A DNA stretch of 63,243 bases, filler included, from Folioceros fuciformis (GCA_049999805.1; 4 parts of 4 records of this genome joined end to end with filler, not necessarily neighbours in it); one strand, 5' to 3'. Shown: positions 47,552 through 61,400, counted from the first letter of the whole stretch. The notes: generated from the sequence alone by a model not told the origin. Translations and numbers: made by a program.

Positions 47552-50500
47552 AAGCGTATAAGCTGGTCAACGCAGATACTGGGTCCATTGTGCTCGCAAC
47601 GCAGTGTGACCTTCCTTGAACCCGCAGTCCCAGCATCTGTTATGGACAACAACAGCTTACCCCAGATTTCTTCAGATGTGGATGCCCTTGCAGCCTCAGA
47701 TCTTGATGCCTGTGATTATCCTCTGGACGACATGGAGCAAGCTGTTCTTTTGCCTAACCACAGTTTACCTGCTCCAGATCCGAACGCAGGCCCTGCTCCA
47801 GTCCCTGTCAACCCTGGATTAGGCCATCAGCCTGACCTCTTTTTGCCTGACGACGAGGGGCCCTTCTAGATGCAGAGGGGGTGCCTAACTTGGGTGCAGT
47901 AGATGCTGCTGATGCTATCGATCCGCCTGATCCTGATCTTGAGCCTGATGACCCACAACTAGATGAGGCTGCACCCGAACCTGACCTAGGGCTCAGGAGG
48001 TCTACACGACGTCGGCCACCACCTGCAGAATGGGATGAACCCCGCTATCAGTCAGTGGATTTTAGAACACATCTTGTTCCAAGCCTTGCTGCGAGCACCG
48101 TTCTACCTGATGAGCCTACCAACCTTTCCCAAGCCTTCAATGGCCCTTAACATGTGCAGTGGAAGGTAGCAATGGAGGATGAATATCAATCGCTTGTGAA
48201 GAACAATACCTGGATTCTTGCTGACCTTCCACTAGGCCGCAAGGCCATATCCTGCAAGTGGGTGTTCAAGCTCAAGCTGAATGCAAAAGGGGAAGTTGCC
48301 CGTTTTAAAGCTCGACTTGTGGCCAGAGGGTTCATGCAAGTGGAGGGGCTCGACTACCAGGAGACATTCTCACCTGTAGTTTGCAGTCAATCCATCCGGT
48401 TTATACTTGCCTATGCCATAGAATTTGATCTCGATCTTCAGCAGATGGACGTGTGCACGGCTTTTCTGTATGGAGCTCTTGATGAAGAATTATACGTGCT
48501 CCAGCCAGAGGCCTGTGAGGATTCTGCACATCCCCACAAGGTGTTAAGACTCTTGAAATGCACATATGGTTTGAAACAAAGCGGGAGAGTGTGGTATATC
48601 ACCATGCATCTGTATCCACTCAGCATAGATTTTGTTCAGAACACAACTAATACCAATGTTTATAGCTTCTGGCTTTGTATGTGGATGATGTTGTCCTTGC
48701 CACAAACGATCAAGCATTGTTGTCAATAGCCAAGCAAAAACTTAACGACAAGTTTGACATGAAAAATATTGGCGAACTAAAGTTTTGCTTGGGTATACAG
48801 CTGCTAAGAGTCAGGGATGCAGGCTTGATGTTCATACACCAGTACAAGTATGTAAACGAGATACTTAAGAAGTTCAATCTCGATCAAGCACGACCAGCGA
48901 CCACACCCTGTGCAACTAGTACCAAGCTAACACTTTCAAAGTGCCCACAGACATCGGATGAGATCAAAGACATGGAAGACGTACCTTACAGGCACGCAGT
49001 TGGCAGCCTACTCTTCGTTGCCAACTGGACCAGGCCAGACATACAATATGCAGTCGGTACAGTTTCCCAGTTTCTTGAGAATCCTGGGAGAGCGCATTGG
49101 ACGGCTGTGAAGAGGATCTTCCGCTAGCTCAAGGGCACACATAAATATGGTCTCATGTATAAACGCAGTGGTGCATCCAACCTTACTCTGTCCGGATTTA
49201 TAGACGCTAACTGGGCCTCAGACCCTGACTCTCGGCGAAGCTTGTCGACATACTGTTTTCTCCTTGCTTCAGCTGCCTCAACTGGAGTAGTAAAAAACAG
49301 CCTTCCATAGCTCTGAGCTCCATTGAGGTAGAATACAAGTCTATGACCGAGGCAGCCAAAGAAGCTGAGTGGGAGCGTAGCTTCCTTGCTGATCTTGGCC
49401 AGGTTCAGCATCACCGTACTTTAATCCTCTGCGACAAGATGTCGGCACTCGAGTTAGTGGCCAAGCCTACCTTTCACGCCAGAACCAAACACATCGAGAT
49501 ACAACATCACTATATCCGTGAAGTTGTTGCTCGTGGTGTTATCAAGGTGGGATATATCTGCACAGATGACAATACCGCTGACATCTTAACCAAAGGGCTA
49601 CCCAAGCACAAGCATTATGTTCACATGCAAGGGTTAGGTGTTCATGATTTCTCTCCCCATATCGATCAATGAGGACACTTATCTATTTTGGTAGTGGGGG
49701 GGGGGGGGGGGGGGGGTGTACTGTTTTTGGTTGATGCTCCCTACATCCAACCAGCTAAGTTGTTAACTCCCTGCACAAGGAGACAGGCAACAGGTTAAAA
49801 ACAGCTCAGAATTGCTTTCCTGGGTCACAGCAAGTGGATGAAGCTCTCACGACGAACCTAATCATTTTGTTGGTGATTACCTCTTTTCTACTTGGGAGTT
49901 TTTAGCTGATACATCAGCCGAGAAGTCTCCCGAAGGTTCCTGATCAGCTCACTTCCATCCAAGCTCTCGGGATTGATGTCATTGTCTTGCTCTGGCCGGG
50001 TTAGGCGCCGTCCAAATCCTACCACCATTAAATCGCACCTTCAATCCTAAGGGGTGCAAGACTTGGCCGATGCTGACGTTGGGTTTGGAGTCCTGGCGGC
50101 TGCTGTCAGCTCCAGCAGATTCCAGCCGAACAGATGGCTGGTTCTGTCTTGCCCCTCTAGCAGGTTTAGGCGGCTGCTCGCAACTCGTGGTATCAACAAA
50201 GTACTTATGCCCGCTCTTTGTCATCATTGCTGTGCGCCACAGGAACTGCGCTACTGCGAGCAAAACGTTAGGGTTTGTTGTGTGATCAGTTGTTTAAGCT
50301 CGTCGAGGTTAAGAGGGGGTGTGCAGATATAAGTATATAACCTAATACTCGCTTAAGTACTAATAACATATATACGTTAGGGTTATGAAAGGTCATTTGG
50401 TGAAGCGACACTATGGCTAGTTTTAAGAAGTAGTTTAGACAAACATTTTTGTATTGTACATTATCTTATCAATCTAAGTTTCAGCTTTCTAGTCTCCAAC

Positions 50501-50570
50501 TCGTTACCTCACACAGTGCAACCCTTTGAGCTCGCTCTCGCGGATATAGCAATGGACATCTGGATATACA
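47552..50570 (+). mobile_element. 3' half of a decayed Ty1/copia element (integrase C-term, RT, RNase H, ~640-bp 3' spacer, 3' LTR)
   Basis: WKVAMEDEYQSL, RFKARLVARGF, LYVDDVV, ANWTRPDI, HARTKHIEIQHHYIRE; pol stop 49672; PPT AAGAGGGGGTG 50311-50321 then TGCAGA. LTR end approximate. Confidence 0.88.
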
Positions 50571-51268
50571 CTACCAAACCGGTGACTATTTGCGAAGTGA
50601 GGAAACCAACAATTTTTTAGAGTTAGGCAATCTGTCTGAGTGACATTGGTAAAATGTTTTGCCAACTTCTAAGACCATGCTTCTGCTTTTGAAATGGAAG
50701 CAATGTCGGTTTGATTCGCGGCTTTAGGGATAAGTCACAACTAATAGGGTGGGTGACAATGTGGAGGAGTACTTGATCCCTTCGATGAAATTCAAACTTG
50801 CTTACAAGTCGAGTCTACTACATTGTGACAGAAAACATTACGTGTCTGAACTAGCCATTATTGTCGAATGCTATTATTGGATCCATTGTTCTCCTACGTT
50901 TTGAACTTACGTTTTTTAGGGGATTGCTCCAAGCATTGGTGGTGGCAAGCGTGTGGCTCGTAGCATTGGGGCTCTTTCAACTTCAACAATACCAACTCAC
51001 AAGATTGGTTAAATTAAATGATGAATAACGATGTCTTCATCTCCAACTTTCACCTTGTAATTGATTTGTCAGAAACAATTGATGTTTGACAAAAGGAGGT
51101 CTCAAACTACAAATTCACTATGCTAAGTAGTGATATGGGTTGCAAGCATGATATGCAACTTTGGCCTTCTCCCTTTCGAGCTACTCAAGAACATCTCTTA
51201 GGGCAAAAGCCAGGTTGGTTGTAACATTCTTATATTTGCATAGTTTTTTTAAACGAGCTTTTGCTCTA

Positions 51269-53020
51269 TGTTAGGGGGATAGAAGTATGAATGCTTGAAA
51301 TTATAGACCAAAGCTCAAGGTGTGCATTATGTTTCAGGTTACATGTGGTCTGGATTGATGTGCACAGATGTGTGAATTTTTGCGTCTTACCTTAGAGAAT
51401 GTAGAGAAGGTACATAGTTCTTATGGTTTGACCACGCTTGGTGTGTAACCGTCTACTTTAAGTAACGTTTCGTGGTTGGCACAAAGCATGCCCTAATGCT
51501 AAGGACGCTACATATCTCAACACTCCCACTTAGCGTGCGTGCATTAGGTACTTAAGTTGTGATGCTAGTCTGGGCTAGCTACTAACTATTTTCCTCTATC
51601 TCTAATAATCTTCTCAGTCCCATGGAAGCGCAATGTTGTTGATGCTTGATGCAGCTAAGTGCCTTGGTCAGGATGTCTACCGTCATTTGCTCTGTTGGAC
51701 AATACACTTCTAATTTACCATGCTTAACTACTTTTCGAATGAAATGAAATTGCACCTCGATGTGTTTGGTGCAAGCATAGAACTAGGGATTATAGTTGAG
51801 TGAGATGGCGCCTTGATTGTCGCAAAAGAGAAGTCTTGGCAGTCATTGCACTTCTCCTAATTCTGAGAGTTGGAGTAGTTGCCAAAGTCCCTCTTTGCAA
51901 GCATGTGTTAATGAGCAGTACTATGCTTCTGTTGAGCTTAAGGCTATAACTTGTTGCTCAGCTAGTGGCTATCCCTCCTAGTGTGTATACATAGCTGCTA
52001 ATGCTCCTTTTGACGCAATGATCTCCTAGCCCAATGGGCTGAATCCTTGGAGTTGGAGAGGCTCACCTTGCTTGGTAGATGATTGGTATAAAAGTCCCAT
52101 GTTAGATGTGGATCTAAGATATCTAAAGATCCGCTTGATGGCCTTCCAGTGCTGTTGTGTACGGGATGAGAGGAACTATGAAAGAGCTCTGGCTGGAAAG
52201 GCGAGGTCCGGCCTGGTGCAAACCATTAAATACATAAGGCTACCACTTGCTAAGGAGTAAGGAAAGTCATAGGAGTTGAGATGTTCACTTGAGACTTCGT
52301 CTGCTTTAATGAGCTTGAGATTTACTTCCATTGGTGTGGATATGGGTTTAGACTATGACATATTGTACTTAGATAGGACCTCACGAATGTATTTGGATTG
52401 ATGTATTAATGTGCTTCTAGATTCCCTGAGTCCTGACTATCTAAATTCCTAGACAATAAGATACTTCCCTGCATGTGGTCATAGCAAAAAGTTTCAAAAG
52501 CATTGACCTGGTGTTTTCTAACAAAGACTTAGAATTGGACATAAGTACTATGTCATCTACATATACGGCAAGGAGAATGAAGTGGTTGTCTAATCTATTG
52601 ATATAGACATTGCTATTAGACTCTAGCCTGGAAAATCCCACTTCTAAGGTTTCATCTAACTTGGCATACCATTCCATAGTACTTTGTTTTAATCCATAAA
52701 GTGACTTGCTTCTAAGGTTTCATCTAACTTGGCATACCACTCCATAGTACTTTGTTTTAATCCATAAAGTGACTTGCTTCTAAGGTTTCATCTAACTTGG
52801 CATACCACTCCATAGTATTTTGTTTTAATCCATAAAGTGACTTCAATAATAATCCTTCATGTATCTCCATATATATATATATATATATATGGTATGTTAG
52901 AAGTCACCATATAAAAATGCAGTTTTTATATCCAATTGCATGAGCTCATAATTATGGTGAGAAGCTAGTGCTATGAAGGTTCTAAGTGAGGTGATCTTAA
53001 GTATTGGACTAAACGTCCCA
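51269..53020 (-). mobile_element. Decayed Ty1/copia RT-RNase H fragment with 3' LTR
   Basis: LMQLDIKTAFLYGD, GLKQ..MEWY, LAVYVDDIV, SLMYLMVCTRPDLA, CTKHIEVQFHFIR; PPT AAGTGGGAG then TGTTGAG at 51522; LTR ~51522-51269. Confidence 0.85.
52641..52843. repeat. 68-bp tandem triplication inside the copia RT
   Basis: CTTCTAAGGTTTCATCTAACTTGGCATACC...AAAGTGACTT starts at 52641, 52709 and 52777. Confidence 0.92.
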
Positions 53021-53514
53021 TCATCGGACAACATCAAGTGCGGCATACCTTATACCTGATTACTACATCGTCAAGACGATAAGGAGTTACAATCTAGGCG
53101 GATGAGGGGCTAATCTCATTGTGGGTTGTTCCTTTTGTCACGGGGTAGATGAAACTTCCCTATCTTTTTCTCTATAAAGTCTTCAGCACCTATTTCTCTA
53201 TAAAGTCTTCAGCACCTACCTGGACTGGAAGGGGGTCTTCAGCACCAACCTGGACTGGACGGGGTTATTTTGTAATCGATCCATAAATCAATTAAGGAGA
53301 GACCTAGTTGCACTCTCACAACTTTATTTATGCATGTCCAGTTGGGTGAACAATCACCAAATGGTACAGAGGCCTCTGTAATCGAATCAAACCACCACAC
53401 GCTAGTCTGCAAAACAATTCCCAGGTGTCACGCTTCGCCCTGCTTGTCGGATTCGGAATGGAATGGAAGGGAAGGCTGCTTTGAAAAAATCCGCCGACTT
53501 CTACTATCATCCCG

Positions 53515-56500
53515 CTACACTGTGTAGGCCTGCTGGATGGTGCTAATATCCAGATTCTTCAATCGTACAACGGATTCGACATGTCCTTTAAGAGTGAGCA
53601 GCTCCCGCAACCTGGAGAGAGCACAGTTTGGCGAAGACGGTCGGGTGAGATAAAAGCCACACTGCCTTGCACACCATCTTCAAAATAGAATAGGAGGGGC
53701 GAGGGGGAGTCTCACCTGGCGATTTCGGCCCGTCTTTTGGCTTGCTCTGCTATGTCTGACAGCTCCTTGTAGCTTCTTGAGTCATGGACCATCTTGGTGT
53801 CAGGTGGGTCTAGTCCATGGAGTGTGCGTTGCTTCAAAGCCCATTGTGCCTGGCGCTCGTCTTTTCCGAAGTTCTTTTGATTGGTGAATGCAGTCTGCAA
53901 CAACCAGCGGAAGGGGACGTGGTGAGAGTGTGTCTTCTGGCGGGTACTTTTGCCACAGCGTGCACGTCGACATGGTTGTTGGGACAGGTTACCTTGTGAC
54001 TGAACGCTTGGTCCCATGCTGCTCCACTCAACACGTAGCGAACGAATATTTTGAGGAAGTCCAGAGGAATGTAGAAGATGATGCTGTAAAGCCAGATCAC
54101 CCCAGCCCATCCCCACCCAATGCCTCTGATTCTTGCAAAACCCCAGACAGCATGGGCGGCCAGTGATGTGGCAATCTGCACAGCAAGTGAATGGGTTAGG
54201 TCACGGTGCTTGGGAGCCAAACAGGAGGGAGAGCAGGCTTGGTGTTATCGGCAAAAACTCACCAGCTGGGCCACGACAAATGCTGTGAGAAGAAGAGCTC
54301 CTGGTCTCTCTGTGTAGGAAAGGCCTCTAGACCTGGTGACGAAAATGAGGGCCTGGCTGACGATGCTCACTTGGAGATAGACTGCGGATGTTTCCATGCT
54401 CTTCCGACCCATGATGTGCTTCACTCCAAACACGTCCTGCACATGGAATAAAATGCATGAAGTCTAGTGAACAGAAGGTGCAGATTGTCGGACCACTTTA
54501 CCCTGCTCAACACCTCGAACTCAAAAGCCTTACAGGGAAGAAGGTTGTTTTGTGAATGAGATAGTAGAACAAGACAGTGATGAGGGCCATGTAAGTTCCC
54601 AGAACGACGCCAGTTGCAAAAATTTCTTTCAGCTTCCAGCTGTCAGGTAGTGGGGAGGGCTTCACGCGGTCCTTGGAAATTGTCATAATGGTACCTTGGG
54701 CCAAACATGACATGAAAGTGAGAGTGCGTCAGGCAGGCCACCATGTCTGAAGTGGCAGAAAAACCAGAACGGACATGGTGTGAGTATACAGTAGAGGCAG
54801 CCTCACCATCATTCAGAATGGCTATGATCAAAACCATGAAAGGAGAGAAGTCGAATCTCCAAATCAGCGTGAGAAGGAGAAAGCCGAGCTGCACCAGTAC
54901 AGTTTCCTCAGTTCACAGTCTAGTCATTGCCTGAGCAGATAATTTGATCCAAGTCTTCTTCTTCAGTCATGAAGAAGTGAGTTCTTACCACAATACGGAT
55001 GGTGATGGAGACAGCATAGATCTGTGAAAAAGGTTTTCCCAGATTCAGACTCTCTCCTTTTGACACCAACTGCATGTTTTCATACACGAAGTAGGCAACA
55101 ATCACGCGTGAATAGATACCCCTCTATCCTCTACTCAACGCGTACCGTATAGTTTTTCATCCTCTGGAAGATGGCTCGGCTTGTGAGCACTGCGCTGATG
55201 ATGACACTGAGTCCTGGCTCCGTGAGTACAATGTCAGATGCACTCCTGGCGGCGTCTGTAGCATCTGCCACAGCAATACCGATGTCTGCTTTCTTTAGAG
55301 CTGGAGCATCATTGACCCCATCTCCTGTCATGCCACAGATGTGCTTCAACTCTTGGAGACGCTTGACGATCTCGTACTTGTGCTCTGCAATGAGCAGAAA
55401 GTAAGCGCGTGCATGCACATACGCATGCCGCAGATGAAAAGAACCATGAAAACGGATTTCCGAGTAGATTTCAGTGGCATTTGAGCACATTACCGGGGAA
55501 CACTCCAGCAAAGCCATCAGCCTTCTCAATGAGCTCATCAATAGGCACTGCTCCAATGTCGTCTTTTTCGTTCCCCAGCAAGGATGAAGAAGGGTACATG
55601 TTGATTCCCATTCCCAAGCGTCTGCCCGTTTCTTTTGCAATAGCAAGCTGATCACCTGTCATCGTCAAGAACATGGCTGTAAGTTTGAGCTCTGTCCCGA
55701 CGTGATCTGGAAGTCCTGGCCAAGTTTGAATATGGTTCAATACCTGTGATCATCTTCACGTTTACACCCAGGTGGAGGGCTTGACGAATTGTTTCAGCAC
55801 TGTCGTGACGAGGCGGGTCGAAGAGGGGCATGAGACCACAAAAGGTCCAAGGTCCCCCTTCACTGTCCTTCGTCTTCTCAGGCACTTCCTGGGCTCGGAG
55901 GATAGAGGTCAGCGAGCTCGAGAAAAACATGGTGAGATGGAACAACACAGGCGCGCATGTGTTGAGGACTTGCCTGCCTGGCTACAGCAAGGGAACGGAG
56001 ACCGCGCTCCGCAAAGCTCTCGATTACAGTGTGGACTCTGGAGGCAATTTCGGCTTTGTTGGATGCGAGCTCCAGTATCTGATGGTACAATTGTCACCGC
56101 GTGATGTTTAATAGACAGTGATTGATTACAAAGAAGAAAAGCTCCCTGACCCACGACCTCTTCCTAATAAGGAGGCGTTCTAGTCTGGCCAATGTTTAAA
56201 GGGGAAGCTTGGAAACTGCGCTCACCTGCTCTGGTGCACCTTTGCTCGCTCGCCACCACTTCCCATCAGCGTCTATGTATGTGATGGCCGTCCGCTTGTC
56301 AGTGGGGTTGAAAGGAAGGAAATGCACTTCCTGAATGTCGGCACGTGCCTGGCACAATGATCCAACCACACAATCTTCTTAAGCAATGTTGGCTCAGAAT
56401 CCAGCTTGGAGTACAGGACGGTGACTTGACATCCTGCGTACCTCTTTTGGATCAGCCAACATGTTGACAATAGCACCATCGATAGCATCTTGGTTTTCGA

Positions 56501-58495
56501 TTCTGGAAGCTCTGGCTGCCAGCAGCACCACCATGTCTTGAGTGATTCCCTTCCCAAACACCTGCAGAAGAGACGAGTTGAACCTTTTCTTATACCTGAT
56601 CCCAAAACGCAGTAAGTCATGATCTACCGGCATGAGGACTCCCCTGGCAAGCCCACGAATTTGTCCTACCTCTATGAGGGTCTTGTCTACAGTTAGCTTG
56701 TTTAGCGTCAGTGTTCCAGTTTTGTCACTGCAGAGCACATCCATCCCAGCCATCTCCTCTATGGCTGTCATGCGCTTCGTGATGGCCCCCTGCTCAATTC
56801 AATCATCACCGAATCCGTCAAAGGTTAACGTTGAGAGTTGTGACTTCGGGATACAGGTTGTTTGTGTGTGCAGATGGTGGGTCGGGTACCTGCTGGGCTA
56901 GACGGTGAGAGCCAATGGCCATGGTGACAGACAGAACCGTTGGCATGGCAATTGGGATCCCGCCAATAAGCAGAACGAGGAGGTTGTCCAAGCCCTCCCG
57001 GTATCTTCGATGCTGAACGGCAAACATGACGATGATCTCGAAAAAAATGCCCACAGCAATTGACACGATGCAGAAGTTTCCGATGCTGGTGAGCACCTGC
57101 CACAGTTGAGCATATCAATCAGCGGAAATGTCTGTACGGCAACGAAATGTTCGTGTACCCCACGACACTGCAAAAGTTCCGCCATGATCATCAGATCGCC
57201 CAACCTTCTGGAAATGGCCAATTTGGTTCGTTGAGTCCACGAGATGCGCCGCCTTCCCGAAAAAGGTGTGCAGTCCAGTTGCGATGACGATGCTCTCAAT
57301 CTCTCCTTGCTTGCAGGTAGAGCCGGAGTAGACTTCGTCGCCGGGCTTCTTGGTTACCGGAAGAGACTCTCCTGTGAGGGCCGACTGCGTTCATGGTACG
57401 CGGAGGCGAATCGCGCATCAGTTCATGGCCATCAATTCGAAATTGATAAGATTGTGGATGGGTAAGCTGATATGTGATTACCTGATCGATCTTGAGAGGA
57501 TCTCCTTCCAGCAAGCGACCATCGGCAGGAATGATGTCTCCGAGCTTGATGCTGATGATGTCTCCCGGCACAAGAATTTGGGCATCACACTCCGCCCAGA
57601 TTCCATCGCGGAGAACCTGGACACGAGCGTTGTCCACAGCCATGATCCACAGTGCACAAACAAAACAAATGCTACCTACCGCAATTCACTCAGGCTAGCA
57701 AACTGCGAAAATCTGACCTTGGCTTTGGGTGCCAAGCGGGCCATGAGAGCCGCTGCCGCGTTCCCCGCATTGTTTTCCTCGATGAAACTGATAGTGGAGT
57801 TGATGACAAGAAGCAGAATGATACCCAGGAAGTCTTGCCAGTCGGGCGGTCGATGCTGCATTTGTTCGTCCAGTGCCACGAGATGTGAGGCCATGTATGC
57901 AGGTCTTCGTCTAAGATGAAATGCAGATGTTTGGAAATGCTCATGGAGTGCTTACTTGCCCATTGGCAAGAACGATGGCCATGATGGCGGCCGCTTCCAT
58001 AACCCATGAGAGCGGATTCCACATGAAGCCCAGGAATTTCAGAATTTTGCTCTCCTGTGTTCGAGTTTTACACACCCGTGAGGGCTTGATCAGACAGACA
58101 AGGTGTGCAGGATCTCCAAAATCTCTCGTATATTGTGCAGTGCGCACTTTACAATTTCAGCTATGACGCAACTGACCTTTTTCTCCTCGAGTTTGTTGTA
58201 GCCGAACAGTTTGATCCGGTTCTCTGCCTCCTCTGTGGTGAGGCCGGAGTGCGTACATTTCAGCTGTTCGAACACTTCCTCGATGGGGACGCGTTCCTGT
58301 TAGTGTACCCAGGATGGATCATGAAGGCATCCGTCATTCAAGGACCGTGTGAAACCCACCTTCACATGCTCAAAGCACTGTGGACGCTCTGAGGGTCTAA
58401 AATGTACAGCTCACCAGATCAACAAGTTCATTGTTGACGTCCTCCAAGCTGAGGCTCCTGGTCAGACCCTGCTCTACAGGCACCCCCACGGCCAT
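53515..58495 (-). CDS. AHA: Plasma-membrane P3A H+-ATPase, penultimate-Thr (14-3-3-regulated) type, about 20 exons
   Basis: [126 protein letters not shown]. Confidence 0.97.
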
Positions 58496-61400
58496 CGTGA
58501 TGGTTCTCCACTTACACTCTCGCAGAGTTGTGAAGGTGCAGAGGTGCCCCTGGTCTTGAATTCCTTGGGGTCGATGTGTTACGGCTGCTCAGGGCTGTGC
58601 TCCCACTCCCACGGCAAGCACCATTGTCCCGGCTTATGCTCCACATACTCCCGGGCCCGTCAACAACGAATCCATCGACTGAATGCCGGGCGCATTCCAG
58701 ATAAACGAAGAGCAGCAAGCATAGAGCGCCTCGTGTATGTCGCTGTCCAAGGGAAATGGAGGAGAGGACCGGGACCGAGGGAGTGCGTAGAGCCTGAGGA
58801 TGTCGAGGCTACTTATTTGAAATCGGCCAGGTGGGAGCAAATCCCAAGGCTCGAGGCCGTCCTTGATACTCCCTTGTGAATGTACTTTACCGGCTTTGTT
58901 GTCTGTGTTCTCCGTGTACTTGCCTGGTGCCAAGTGTGCTACTTTGGTGTCTTTATGTCCAGTGTAGATGAGAGAGAGATTTTACTATGGTGCAGTTGAT
59001 CTCACATAGTCTCTGTCCTGCGGCGACAGAATGTGTACCACACATGCCAGAAACTCGATTCCCAGGTACTCATGCTCCCTCCAGGGATTTCCTTTCCCTT
59101 CAATCTTGTAGTCTTAGATAGTGTGTAATACAAAATGATAGGACGGTAGAAAGTAGGGGTGGTGGGTTTGCAATGGAGTGTCAGCTGTGCACTGCTGGTT
59201 GTAGTTTGTCTGTTGGGTATCAACAAAATCAGTGCTGCTCCTCTGATTCGGCAGATTCACGATTTAGCAGAAAGCCAGTTGTGGTGATGGCGGTATTTCC
59301 CAAGGAGTACTGTAGGCCTGGTCCTGCAAGTGCCGCATTTCTGCTGCCTCCTGCTGGCAGAAGCCTCCCTATGCTGGGTTGTGAGAGCCTTCCTGCCAGG
59401 ATAACAGTTGCGGCCAGTAGCAGACGTTTTACATACATGTTGACATCTACTTTGAGAGTCCATGTCCGGTGTCCACGACGTCGTACAGCGGCAGGGGCAG
59501 CGGGAGCGGCATTGGTACTGCACATTCTTCGCTTGTGATGACACTCCTCTGACACGATGACCTGCAACGCGACCGGCGACAACGTTGGGCTGACGCTCTT
59601 TCCTATCGCCAACCTTTGACTCTACCATCGCCCGCAAGCAAACGAACTAATGCAAGTGCGGCTTTGTTGCAGCTGCTGCTGGATAAATGGATCTCGGAGT
59701 GGGGTGGGGCGTAGGTGGCAAGGAAGTGGCGGCCGAGGTGCTTCTGTGAGTTGGAGGGGATCAACGTCAGCATCCGATTTTGGGCCCTGGCTAGCTGGGA
59801 GTTGGGGTTCGTCTGCTGTTGCAACAGTAGGTAACCGAGCAGCCCCCACGCACCGGCCCGGGTGAAGGGGGGCAGGACGTAGCTGAGGATCGGTGGCCCA
59901 GGCGGAGCAGGGAGGAGGGTCGTGTTCGTCACGCCATGGTCATAGGCAGGGTGGGCATCTTGCCCACCCTGCGATCCCGACTAGTGGCCGCACAAGGAGC
60001 CATGGCTTCCGAGAAATTTTTAATTCCATTGCTGCAGGGCTTTGGGCGGTATCTGGTCGGACACGAAAGCACCCCGGGCGGGATCCAGCCGGCCCCGGCT
60101 CCGTCCGGCCCCGCCTTGTCCTGCTCTGCCTTCCCCGGGCTACTTAAACCCTACCGAAACACCTAACCCTACTTGAACACCTGGCGAGATCCGATCAGCA
60201 ACCAGAACGCCTGCAAGAGGGGACTACCCTGGTGCTGGAAAGTGCGCACCTAAACCGGTTTGTAAGAGAGACATTGACAGCCCCTGCTGCATTGTGCACC
60301 GTCCAAGGTTTCTATTTCAGTAGACCAGTGCGGGAGGCCGGAGAGCTGACGTAATGGCATCAGGAAACTCGACTTCTGGGCCGAATGGGAAATTCACTCC
60401 CCCGAATGGGAAAAGCTCTTTGAGGTATGCTCAGACAGGTGAGGAGCGTGCCGTGCAGCGCCACGCGCCAAATGGCCCAATCCCAGGCCTGTGAAGAAAC
60501 AAGGACAGCGGCTGGTGGGAAGGTGCAGACACGCTCACGGCTTCCCACATTCCGGCGCTCGGAGGTTTGGCAGATTCGTTTGGTTGTGTACACACACCTG
60601 GAACTTTGGAGCACTAATTAGGCTTTGGCTAAGGCTAGGGTGATGAGATCCGAACACAACATTTGTGACCTGGAAATGCGTGCAATGCAAATTTGCCGAA
60701 TTCCCCTTCACACATGCACACGTGGTGCCGTCAACGGTAAGAACTTCAGGAAGATGCATGTCCAGATGCGGCCGGTCTCTGAAGATATCTCGTCCACTGT
60801 CGTTCAGAAAGCACCTCACCAAAGCCCTTCCAGCCCCAGACCTCTCCCTGAGTGCTGCTACTGGACAACGGCCAACAAACACGGTCCGATGCCAATTCCA
60901 TCCCCGTGTCTGTCTCCGTTGAGGACAGCCTGAAGTGAGTGATGAGACAGACTGCACCAAACTCCTGACAGCGGCAAAGAGGGTTGCAAAGAAACAGGAC
61001 GGCAGCCTGTGCTGTGATGTAAGTCCATTTCGTGACGCCGAAGGTGGATCGCGATTCCCCAGTCATTGCTCATTACAGTTTCTTGGAAGCAACACCCTGC
61101 CGACAAGCTATCAGTACTCTACTAGCCCTACTCGGAACTGTCAGTCGTGATGGTTGATGAGGGACACCATGCGCAGCGTCCGGACACAGCACTGCATTCC
61201 GCTCGTATTGCGCATTGACATCAGTCAATCATCTGAGTACAAGGTGGGAACAGTTGGGAAGTGACTTGACGCAATCGAGTCGATTGCAGTTCGAGCGAGG
61301 GAGCGAGCGAGGGACGGCAATTCGCAAACAGAAAGGGATGGTAGAAGGAGTCTCTTTCGAGCGCCTCGAAATTCCTGTCTCTTCTAGGTCGTGCCTTGAT

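Noticed and set aside
49696-49716. G21 tract followed by TGTAC as the PPT and 3' LTR start
   Set aside because: A more canonical copia PPT (AAGAGGGGGTG|TG) followed by an AT-rich LTR-like stretch lies at 50311-50322; the homopolymer length may be artefactual.
50580-51260. Possible additional copia gag relic (GDNVEEYL-like fragments)
   Set aside because: Too decayed to support boundaries or identity by eye.
52641-52843. Regularly spaced repeats (also 11480-11578, 43430-43640) as CRISPR-like arrays
   Set aside because: They are head-to-tail repeats without unique spacers, there are no cas genes, and the context is eukaryotic.
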